A stretch of DNA of 20,000 nucleotides from Trichoplax sp. H2 (GCA_003344405.1 NOWV01000263.1:61005-81004), one strand, 5' to 3'; positions 1-10,578 are shown, counted from the first letter of the stretch. Translations and numbers: made by a program. Notes: generated from the sequence alone by a model not told the origin.

Positions 1-328
1 TGTTAGCACATTGATTCTTCTTCTCTTACAGTACATCGCAAGCACGAGCTCAATATTGAGCAAAGCATGCAAACTCCATGGAATCGCCGACAAAGTTGCA
101 CCATTCAGGGAGCTGTTGTGTTCTGTCAAACAAAAGTTATCTCAAAACTTCATGAGAAAAGTGCTGCTAGTAAATAGCACTATTTTATACTCGATTCTTT
201 AAAGTACTGCATATGAAGGTTTTAATCATAGCCAACACTGTCAAATGAGCTAGTAATGCTTACTTGGCTGATGTTTACTTACGAGCTAAGCCCAGAATGG
301 AACCATTTCTTAATCGATTTCGATTCAT
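1..328 (-). CDS. Possible 5' exons of an unidentified gene divergent from KTI12
   Basis: ATG at 328 gives MNRNRLRNGSILGLA ending at a GTAAGT donor (282). Acceptor TTTTGTTTGACAG at 123 continues in phase (QHNSSLNGATLSAIPWSLHALLNIELVLAMY...). No homology recognised. A + strand terminal exon at 32-177 is an alternative reading. Confidence 0.25.
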
Positions 329-1104
329 ATTTTACGAATAAGATTAGCAGATGCAGTGCTTAAATATAACTGAATCTCGATCTCCTAGTTATCGTATCTA
401 ACTTTGGGATGATATTCAATTTATTAAGGGTATAGTGATACACTAGTTCTAAGGCTACCATTGCTATCTCTAATGCAGACTGCAGCCCTGGGAAAGCAGC
501 ATAACTTAGCCAAGTCATATTAACTACAGATTTAAAGGCAGAGCTATTAATACATCCAACCCGAGCTACCTGCGATCGAAAAATAGACCTGTGATCCATT
601 CATGGCCAGTCTTGGTCGTCAGCATTAATAGTGGAAGAAGAGAGAGGATATCAATCCGCCATGATTTCCAGTCATTTCCTGGATTGAGTAGTACTACCAG
701 CTCCATTCATGTGTCCACTCCATAGTACTTTGACTAAACCGAGCGGTACCCCGTCATACTATATTCTATACTACACCATACTAAAGTAGTATAGCTACTC
801 GTTCATCATCGGTTATGCTTATACAATTTCCTACAATGGTGTCGTCACAGTCAGTGGACTAACCGGAGTAGGACAGCAGTAATGAAGAAATCGATGGAGG
901 CAATGCTGCTGCAAATTGCATTCCAACGTCGTAATTCCTCCATACTACTGAAATTGTAATCCTACTATCTATCAAGCCTTGACTCTTCTCTATTACTGTT
1001 CTCATGATTACTGTATAAAGGCTATAGTTTAGCAGTCAGCCTCTATTTTAACCAATTCCCCTCTTATACTACCGATTGGCTTCGACCTCAAAAAGTTACC
1101 AGTT

Positions 1105-3681
1105 ATGCCATTAATTATCATCACCGGTTTCCCATGTAGTGGCAAGAGCCTTCGAGCCCAGCAATTAATAGATTATATCAATGAAAATCATCCTGATTAT
1201 GCCGATCATATTCATCTCATTAGTGATCATAACCAAATGGTTGATAGAAATAAAGCTTACGAAGGTAGTTAATTGATATCATTCTTTAAATGGACATCCT
1301 GTTTTGTATAATTTCGCATGCTTGACTACAGCAATAATATACCAGTAAAGCTTCTTATTTAGACTCTTATGTATTATAGTAAAATATGGTATCTTGAAAG
1401 AACAATTTTAAAGATAATTACTGATGTCAATTCTCTTTCATGACCTAGCTTCAAATGCTGAAAAATCGGCTCGAGGCCATTTAAAAGCCGCAGTTGAAAG
1501 GTAAGCATGCCATCGGAATAGCACTACGCGAGAACTATACATTCTAATGCTACTACCTATCATGCAAATCGATGCCTTGATATTGACTATGAATACTCTT
1601 GATTCACTTTTAAATGAGTTTGATGGCACAAATATTAACTAATGACGTATATTTTGGTCCTATAGGATAATTTCAAGCAAGGAAATTGTCATTCTTGATT
1701 CATTGAATTACATCAAAGGTATACTGTACTATGTCCACTCTACACGTACATAGTAGATAGGCAATCCTATACAAGAGCAAAAATTTCTATTCTCTGCTAC
1801 AATTACTTGCCAACTTATTTCATTTATACACGTAAATTTCATTGGTAATCATAGAAATAAGCTCTTTAAAACATTCTTCACTAGAACCGTATGATTTATC
1901 AACCTTGCCATAAGTTCGATATCCTCTAATAAATATTCAACACGAATGAATAGGATTTCACTACGAACTATATTTACTAGAGTTGTATGATTGATCAACC
2001 TCATTACCTGTTAGACCTTCTCTAATAAATATTTATCTCGAATGAATCAGGATTTCGCTACGAACTATATTGTATTAGCAAGTCTGCCAAGACAACTCAT
2101 TGCGTGGTAAGGTTATTTAAAGCAGGATCTGTAATACCGTAGATGCATTGTGAACGTTAAAAGCGTTCTCTGCTAAGCATTTTAATACGATCGATTCGAT
2201 TGGTGCTCACCAATCATAAATTAGATTTATATCCAGTGAAAATCAATCAACTAATGTCTAACTAGGCCATGATATTATGAACGTAGTATAATTATTTAGT
2301 TTTATAGTATGCCTAACGTCTGTGATGACATATCCACAGATATTTTGCGCTGTAACGAAAGATCAAGTAGAAGATTGGAATAGTAAAAGAGATAATGACC
2401 AGCAATATCGTAAAGATATGTAAGTATTAGGCCTTACTTTGTAGTATACTGTAACCTTCTGTAGACTAAATATCAACTGCTGCGATAGGTACTCGTATTA
2501 AGTAATTGTACTTTTGTAGTTACTATATTATACTTATAGCATCTTCTTTATATCTTACATAGCCTAGATGCATTAGTAATGAGGTATGAAGCACCTGATC
2601 CTCGAAATCGTTGGGATTCACCTCTTTTTGTAGTTCAGGTACATTAATTCTGGCTAAGCATAAAAATTTAACTTTTATAAAAGATATATGGTAGAAATAC
2701 TTGAAGTGGATAGATGCATAAATTGTATTGGTCTATTCGAAAACAGGAACTAGATCAACTGCCATGTCAAACTATATGTGATGCATTATTTCATCGAAAA
2801 CCACCTCCGCCAAACCAATCTACTCAATGTGTAATCACATTCAATAAATTTTTACTACACTAGATAATTATCCATACTAATAGAAGAAAATGATAATGTG
2901 ATGAATAATTCCAATGTGAAAACGTATAACGGTTTATTCTGTCTTGTTGTAGCAACCATTATCAACAAATAATTTATTGTTCGAAATGGAGAAGATTACC
3001 ATGGATATGATCACGGTACATTGACATTATCTCAATCTTGCTAACATTTTTGGTACTTATCTCCGTTTATACTTTATATCAGATGGTTATATACTATTGA
3101 ATTACACTGAAAGTTAATGTGATAACTTGTATCATTTACACTTTAAGAAATCTTTTTGTACCACTTTAATCCCTATTTATATTATAGACAATATTCCAAC
3201 AGCAGAACAAACATTTGCCCGGTGAAGAATTAGTACTTCATCCAAAATCAAAAGAAAAAATATCCTTTACAGTTGAGTTTATTAAAGTCGTAATGACTTG
3301 CAAATAATCGCTACAACCTAAATATACAATTACGATTAATATATCCCACTTCTGCATTAGCTTACAATTTTTTATTCTACACGTACACTGCATATGGTAG
3401 AAGTATAATCATGAATGTCACTGCGGTGTTAAGGGTTAACTTAAACTATCATGTACACATTTGTAATATGCCAATAATCTTGAAAATGCAGTGCTATAAT
3501 TTTTAAAGTCGTATTGTTTCTCCTTAACCATTCTTACTTCAAATTTACGGAACGATTGTCCATGCCAAAGCTACAGCAAATTCGTCGTCAATTTATCGTT
3601 CAGTACAAAAATCGACCTCCAAGTGACGCGTCTCAATTAGGGGAAATGTTCATTAAATTTTTGAATATGCAATTATCCTAA
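1105..3681 (+). CDS. KTI12: KTI12 homolog (Elongator-associated, PSTK-like P-loop NTPase), 10 exons, 279 aa
   Basis: Exons 1105-1264, 1449-1500, 1666-1718, 2051-2106, 2340-2419, 2563-2638, 2747-2830, 2953-3015, 3188-3259, 3538-3681 (840 nt, in frame). Translation has MPLIIITGFPCSGKS (P-loop), ILDSLNYIKGFRYELYCISK, RYEAPDPRNRWDSPLF, PPPPNQSTQ and LQQIRRQFI, all KTI12 family motifs. Confidence 0.96.
1880..2072 (+). repeat. Degenerate ~96-bp tandem duplication covering the KTI12 intron 3 acceptor and start of exon 4
   Basis: ACTAGA..GTATGATT.ATCAACCT...CTCTAATAAATATT...CGAATGAAT(C)AGGATTTC.CTACGAACTATATT occurs at ~1880-1975 and ~1976-2072. Confidence 0.9.
3260..3537 (+). other. U12-type (minor spliceosome) AT-AC intron in KTI12, 278 nt
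   Basis: 5' end ATATCCTTT at 3260, branch site TCCTTAAC at 3521-3528, terminal AC at 3536-3537. Removal joins ...HPKSKEK to FKFTERLSMPKLQQIRRQFI in frame. Confidence 0.93.
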
Positions 3682-3860
3682 TATTGTAGTTTTACTGACC
3701 ATGTGTCTTCAGGACATAAATGGAGAGATTGTTTTAAATTAAAAATTACCGTAATTTTTTTTTCGAAAAATTGGATAAGACAATCGCGATCAACATTTAT
3801 AAAGTTCTTAATCGTATTTTATTATCAATTCAAGGTGGAAAAGCTTAAAGTTTAAAATGA

Positions 3861-3866
3861 AATAAA
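3861..3866 (+). terminator. Probable polyadenylation signal of KTI12
   Basis: First AATAAA, ~180 nt after the stop codon. Confidence 0.5.
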
Positions 3867-4037
3867 AGTTATTTAAAAGTTAATGAATCTACCATGCGAA
3901 TAACCGTATTAACATCATCACCGACAAAACTGCCTTTGAAAAAAGTATTACATACGTAATAGTAGCAATATCCAAATCACAGAGATGTTTTAACAGTAAT
4001 AGTATTTACATAAGATTCATGGAAATTTCGAAAGGTA

Positions 4038-7000
4038 TTAATTTTCTTCTTCTCCAATTATACTCATACTAAGAGCAAGATCCCAATAATGCTCAACCCC
4101 GTACTTTTTTAAATGTTCACGGGCTGCAATTTCAGTAGTAAACGATTTAAATCTCCAATCATTAAATGCTTTCTCTTTAACTTGCCCCTGTAAATTAAGA
4201 AATAATGCTTACACCATCGATCTAGGGTTTAAGACAATACAACTTCAAAAATGTTTCATGAATTACCTCCCAAATAAGGCAACACTTATTCCGTCTTTCT
4301 TCCGATTTATTACTATCTTGTTTCGCTTTATTACAGAAACAGAAAAAAATATTACCGATCGCAATTGATTCTAATGCAAATTTTAAGAATGAAATAATAC
4401 CAATGACGTCCTCATTCCATTTGATGCGATGTAACATCAATCGTTTATACTTTTTCAGACTCTTTGGTCCTATAACACATTTATACGTTCAGATGTAAGC
4501 AATATATCTCACAAGTGCTAAATTTTTTTATTCTCTTTATTTTCAAACCTCCTTCAACAATAACTATGTTGATATCTTTAAACATAACCACACATCCAGT
4601 TAACAAAAACTGCTGAGCATTGGCATCAACTTTATATCGCTTTGATTGGTTATTCAAACTGTAAACTCTGTTAACATAAAAAGATGAAGTTTTAATATTT
4701 TCAAAGTCAATATTCACAGACAATGATACTCATAATGATACCTATAAACGGATACATGACATCCAGTATTCATATCGTCCTTTAGCTTGCGTATCTTTTT
4801 CTCGCGTTTCTGTTCTGAAGTTAGTTTTCGAGCTGCGTTTGCAGCCTCATGAACTCTAGAAGTAAGAATAGGCAGAATCAAAGGAATTAATTTAGTGCTT
4901 AAACCAATGTACGAGCATCGATAAGTCATTTAGAATGTACATTTAAGAATTGAATGGAAACAAACGTTACAGTATTAATATCGGCCATTATCAGTTTACC
5001 GTTGACGTTGCACCATCTGCTTTCTAACATGAGCTTCAACTTTTGTTGGATCTTGAATGGCTTCGTTACCAAGGACGCGCATTAAGTTACTTAATTTCAC
5101 TACGAAAATAATAAGAAACCTTAATCTTTCTCCTGAAACCTGGTTATATTTAATGCAAGGACATACTACGAATCCGAAGGTCAAGATTTTACCTTTAGGC
5201 TCAGGAGGAGCGACTGCTCCCAATCTTACTTTCTCTTGCTTTTCTGCTTCAATATCTTTCCTTTTTTGCCTTCTTATTTTCTTTCTTTCCTGCAAGAAAG
5301 AAAGAAATATGACTGTTACTAACGCTTGACATGTAATTACTAAATATGCTACAGCTGATGAATGAAATTGCTGACATTAGGTATTTATCAAGAAATTATC
5401 TCTATCTATTTTTCACTCCATTCATGATATGAGATTGTTATCTTGGCAGTACAGTACTACAGTCTTACTATAATATACCACAATCTAATACATTTTTAAC
5501 AAGTAGTCAAATTTAAATATGATAATTCTGTCAAGTAAAATCAAATGCGCACATATTATAATAAGAAATTATAGTAGCATCGCTTCTGTTAGATTATGCT
5601 TATAAATTAATAACTCTAGAAATTTTGATAATTTAAATGTTTAGATTTAGCCAAAATAATAATTTTATACTATTGATTGTCTGACCTTTTTAGTCAAATA
5701 AACTTTCGGAGCAATTTGTTCTGGTTGATCACCTATAACAAATCATCTTAGGTCATTGTAATAATAGTGAAAAATATTATTACAACCGAATGTAATATCT
5801 ACCGGGAATTTTAACACTAGGAGGGTGTTCCACTAGCTTGGTAATAGCGCGAAATTCTACTTCATCCGATTCAATGAGTTCAACATCATTGTAACTATCA
5901 AAGCAATGGAATACAATTAAAAATCAGAGTATAAAATTGAAAGAAACTATAAAGTTACATATATTTATCGTTCCTAAAAAATAATTATCATTGCCTTTCA
6001 TTGGGTAGAATTAACGAATCCCACCATTCCACATCAGGTATCAGATCATCTTGGAGCTGTAGAAAATGTGCATTTATTGTAGTTCATTAGCGATCATAAT
6101 ACGAATAAAGATAGTGCATAATAAGCATTACACAATAAATAGTTCAAATGTTTACGTACAGCTTCTTTATGAGGCACAAGCATAGCAATCTTTGTTGCAG
6201 ACGAAATGCCTGTTTTCTGAGCAACGGAAGCAATTTCATTCTTTAATTTTTCTAATTTTTCCTATACGAGAGAGAGTTACCATGAGTAGGGCTTTAATAC
6301 AAAAAAATAAACTTTGTATCAACAGCTAACCTTCGCACGCAATTGCTGAGCAACCCTTTCAAATTTGCCTTGCTCATGAAATTTAAATGACCGTCGATTA
6401 CGAGCACCCATAGTGATACTAGAACGATATTATAAATAATTGATTTATTTGAAGTGATCATAAAGCATTAACCTCATAAGTCAGAAATAGTACGAACTTA
6501 ACACGTGGGTCAAAAAAACTTTTATTTTCTAGGTTATCGTCGATCTTATCAGTTTTAAATTGTTCAACTTTTTTGGCTGTGATATTTGCCTATAAGTAAA
6601 AAATTGATAACGCAAGATATTACTATTGTGTTGTCAACTATAGCGTATCAGCAGTAAAGGTACTAGTTAAAAAGGTCAGTATCAACATGTAGTCATACTT
6701 TCAATGTTGGCATTCGTCGAGTCATTTGTATAGCTTTACCGCTTGCATCAACGATTCGACCTTCTTTATCTAATATTACAGATTTCGGTCTACGCGTATA
6801 GAATTCCAATTGAAATTAGTATCATTCATTTGTAAGAATAGGTAGAAGGGTTTGATCTAATTATTAAATATGCAAATTGTACTTTTGATCCACGACGGGA
6901 AGTGCTTTATTCCTAAAATTGAAGTATTATTATTGTATAAGTACAAATGAGAAAAAAATAGAAGCGATATAAATATACTATGTTATACTTCTTACATTTC

Positions 7001-8858
7001 AAATCCTGGCGCAATTGACTTGATAGTCTGAAGCTGATCACCATACGAGAAAATAGTTATCGTTCAATCAGTATCAGTTATTAATAAATACAGTATGAAA
7101 TTATTATCGTAGTAATTTAATGCCATTTTACATACAAGTCATCACCGCTCTATGCGTACTTACTAAATCAGGTTTGTTACTGAATTGTTGTTGTATTTTA
7201 GCTTGCAGTTCGGCAGCTTTACGAGCTTTGTCAATAGCATCCTTAGCTAATTGCAGAGGTTGTCCAGCTAAAGGACCGCTCTATATAAGCGTGTAATGAA
7301 AGCGAAGATTGAGTATCTAAATTATTTGTAAGTATAAGTTAGCAGGTAGTTTAATTGAAAATTTAACGTTATTTTTCTTCTTGAAATTTTAGCTATTATC
7401 TCAATCGATTTTATAAAATGAAGTTAGGTAATTGTAGTATGTTTTCGTCGATTACTAATAATTAGCCTTGAATGAATCATGTCAACTGCTTTGATATAAT
7501 GATGTTGACTGACCCTACTCTCTACTCGGCTATTATAGATTCAATTTGAAATCATTATCTCAAGCGATAATTATAAAGTGATGCTCGCTAACTGTAATAT
7601 GTTTTCAGTCACTAACGATTAACCATAAATAATCATCTCAACCGATTGGATCAAATTCTATACGCTGACAGTAATCTATTTTTGGTTAGGGACGATTAAC
7701 CACGAAGTAATCATCTCAACCGGTTAGGTAAAATTTCATTGGCTGACTGCACTCTATTTTCGGTTATTATCTTCTTTATTTAAAATGACTAACATTTGTT
7801 GGATGTGCTTGGGTCGCCACTGGCTGCGGTATAGGGCCTTGAAGTTGCTTCTTTCTTTCCTCGATTTGCCTTTTGGTTATTTCCATTAGATTTTTAATCT
7901 GCACAATAAAATATTACAAAATTAATATGATTTACGTTTCTCAATCTGTGCCAATGCAATTGAGATCTGCGAAACAACTATCTACAAATACAATTGTTTG
8001 AATTAGGTGAAAAAAAGACTAAAGAATCGTTTTATACTATCTGATGTAAGGGGGGCTACCTGCATCTTGCTTAATTCGGCTGGACCTTCCGTAGCGGGTG
8101 GTGGTAGTGGAGGACTATCAGGTCTTAAATCTGATGGATCGAATCTAATTGGCAAATCCGTACAGCAAAAGTCAAATAGAGGCTATTATTTACCCAATGA
8201 TACTACATATTAGAACATTAGTTAAGTTGACAGTTGTCCGTCAATATCCAAGCTACCCGATGTCTAAGTTCGATGATGATAAAAAGTTGCAAACATACCT
8301 CTTTGGCTTCTTAATTGCTTGCCTTTGATCACTGGTATATTCATCAGCATCGTCTTGGCCGAAGACGTCCTACACAAATATGAAAATAGTTAAGAGTGTC
8401 TTTATGACGGTATTTCTTTTACTTTTTCAACCAACACAGTTTGCCGTAAGCCATTTTCTACCCTCACAATGACTACTGGTTACTACTACAGCATTTCTAT
8501 TGTTACGACTACGAAGGCTGATTCATTTTATCCTTGCAAAGGTAATGCATTCATTAGACATTCAAGTTCCAACGACAGCCAAGGATTCAATCCAGTCATT
8601 AGGATAAATCAATCGCTCAAGTTCACGTCTTAAAGCATTTCCTTTACACTCATCACAGAAAGCGATTGATGCTACTGTACACCATGCCATCAACATACAC
8701 CGAATAAAAGTGCAAAGTACAGTATAGCGCAAGCATGATCATACAACTAACTCTCCATCATCCTCCATGCATCATCCATCGGAAATGATGGAGTTTACCT
8801 TGATTGTTCGTTTGCCGTCCTCTTTCAATGGTGGAGGCTTTCTCACTTTGGATGACAT
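4038..8858 (-). CDS. PRPF3: U4/U6 snRNP protein Prp3, 21 exons, ~595 aa
   Basis: Exons (5'->3') 8858-8799, 8369-8299, 8144-8060, 7898-7794, 7280-7164, 7033-6996 (acceptor could be 7027), 6912-6883, 6789-6699, 6589-6498, 6418-6331, 6261-6160, 6056-5995, 5894-5803, 5732-5686, 5289-5193, 5099-5000, 4855-4742, 4667-4549, 4469-4401, 4325-4267, 4187-4038 (1788 nt). Motifs: [104 protein letters not shown]. The first exon and start codon are less certain than the rest. Confidence 0.95.
5895..5994 (-). other. GC-AG intron in PRPF3 (100 nt)
   Basis: Exon reads [12 protein letters not shown] then GCAATG. Read-through hits TGA two codons later. The phase matches the next exon (T-TAC-AAT-GAT...). Confidence 0.75.
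7390..7768. repeat. Degenerate ~78-80-bp tandem array (about 5 units) in PRPF3 intron 4
   Basis: Core (A/C/T)AT(C/T)AT(C/G)TCAA recurs near 7394, 7475, 7554, 7631 and 7709. The last two units share ACGATTAACCA...TAATCATCTCAACCG...GCTGAC...TCTATTTT.GGTTA. Confidence 0.75.
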
Positions 8859-9222
8859 CTTTTAGTACTGTATGTTGGAAGTGAAGACGATCGTCTATTT
8901 TACAATATCAAGGCCAAGAGTAGAATGGGTTGTAACCAAGCGTTTTATTAGTCGATTCACTATCCAACGAACTAAATGAATCGTCTTAGCGAGCTGAAAG
9001 TAAAATCAAGATGTCGACTGGCTGCAAGATTGGATTAGGCAGCTTGCGGCGCGTACCAGATCTAGTCCAGTACACCAAGTAGAGCTTGGGAAAGTGTGCC
9101 TACTGTAGCCTCCAGTCTTGAACGTGTTGAACATTGCCATTACATAGTGGATAGTACTCTGCCACAGTATACAGTACTACTGTACAGTGTACAGTACTGT
9201 ACTGTACACTGAATGAGTCTGG

Positions 9223-10023
9223 CCGTCCAGTGGTCATCCTGTACAATGTACAGTACAGTGTACTGTACACTGTACGCCAAGGGCTTGTGCTGCACAGTAC
9301 TGTAGACTGGAAGCGCCTTTAGACGGACAGACATTGGGCCTGATTCGGTCAAGATATTGTGCCAAACGCTTCATTATGACAATACTTTAGTATGCAGACA
9401 GTCGATTGTGAATTGACTGATTTTTTCTAAACGCAGCAATATTCCATTGCATTCCACTACCTGTTACTAAGCTCTGCTTAGAAGCAGTCAATTTAGATCA
9501 TGAATGTTATTCAAAAGAATACGAGTGATTTAGAAAGCAGACACGGAAGATCCATACTGAGTAACTATTTTTCACATTTTCGGCCTAATCGGGTATGAAA
9601 AGTCCGTCCGTCTAGTGGTCATTCTGTATTGTACAGTGTACAATACAGTACAGTATACTGTACTGTACACTGTACGCCAAGGGCTTGTACTGTACAGTAC
9701 TGTAGACTGGAAGCGCCTTTGGGCGGACAGACGTTGGGATTGATTCTGTCAAAAAATTGTGCCAAACGCCTCATTATGAGTTTATGACAATACTTTAGTA
9801 TGCAGATAGTCGATTGTGAATGGACTGATTTTTTTCTAAACGCAGCAATATTCCATTGCATTCCATTACCTGTTACTAAGCTCTGCTTAGAAGCAGTCAA
9901 TTTAGATCATGAATGTTGTTCAAATGAATACGAGTGATTTAGAAAGCAGACACGGAAGATCCATACTGAGTAACTATTTTTCCGCATTTTCGGCCTTATC
10001 GGGTAGGAAAAGTCCGTCCATCC
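9223..10023. repeat. High-identity tandem duplication (units ~9223-9607 and ~9608-10023) between the divergent PRPF3 and thioredoxin-domain genes
   Basis: Long near-identical blocks occur twice, e.g. CTACCTGTTACTAAGCTCTGCTTAGAAGCAGTCAATTTAGATCATGAATG and GATTTAGAAAGCAGACACGGAAGATCCATACTGAGTAACTATTTTTC, with small indels. Confidence 0.95.
9321..9613. mobile_element. Putative MITE/foldback element with imperfect terminal inverted repeats (second copy ~9721-10023)
   Basis: Left end AGACGGACAGAC vs reverse complement of right end AGACGGACGGAC. Inverted similarity continues inward to a central CTAAGC-TCT-GCTTAG hairpin. Copy 1 reads TA-GACGGAC...GTCCGTC-TA. No coding capacity. Confidence 0.4.
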
Positions 10024-10578
10024 GAGGAGAGTTTCTAGTCCAGATTATATTTTTTTTGCTAGTAGTCCATGTACTCACATTGGACTATATTAGTCTTGCA
10101 AGTACACAGTGCACCGTATCACTTTTTTAGTACATGTACTGCAGTCCATTTAGGGTACAGTCGACAATCGACATTATTCTGTACTACTGTACAGTATATC
10201 GATGGAGTGCAGTTCATTAACATGATCAGTAAAATAGCAAAATAGTCCATCATTCCATTTTTACCACTGCAAGGTCGTTTCCAGGCGTTCGCTACCAGTG
10301 TTATTATGACTTGGTACCAACCGTTTGAGACGTATTTCAGCATTGTGAAATATCAAGTTAGAATCTGCAAAGGTCTACAATACTTACTAGCGTACTTACA
10401 GTACCGTACTGTCCAGTATTGTACTGTAAATGGAAAGGCACAACAGACGGACGGAATCGTACGGTAGTGAGCGGCTGACTGCAAACAGTCGCAACTCTTC
10501 ACCAAGCTTCCCCTTGTCGCCATTGGTAGCTTTGGAAACCCGAGTAGAAAACGCCAAACGCCACTTTAATTGACAAGA

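Noticed and set aside
32..177. + strand frame containing ...EQSMQTPWNRR..., reminiscent of a PWN-type peptide precursor
   Set aside because: Single copy, no visible signal peptide, and even the coding strand is ambiguous here.
4668..4741. PRPF3 intron starting GTATCATT, close to the U12 GT-AG donor
   Set aside because: Mismatch at a critical C and no TCCTTAAC branch site, so treated as U2-type.
5057..8213. + strand ORFs 5057-5329 and 8007-8213 (also 1438-1629 and 15348-15539 on -)
   Set aside because: Antisense shadows of real exons.
8608..8670. SECIS interpretation of the ATGA...AA...TGA hairpin
   Set aside because: Intronic, helix II too short, and no in-frame TGA in any assembled gene.
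9140..10343. ORF-track ORFs rich in YSTVQY/CTV
   Set aside because: Translations of the TACAG/CTGTA repeats and the duplication; not preserved between the two copies.
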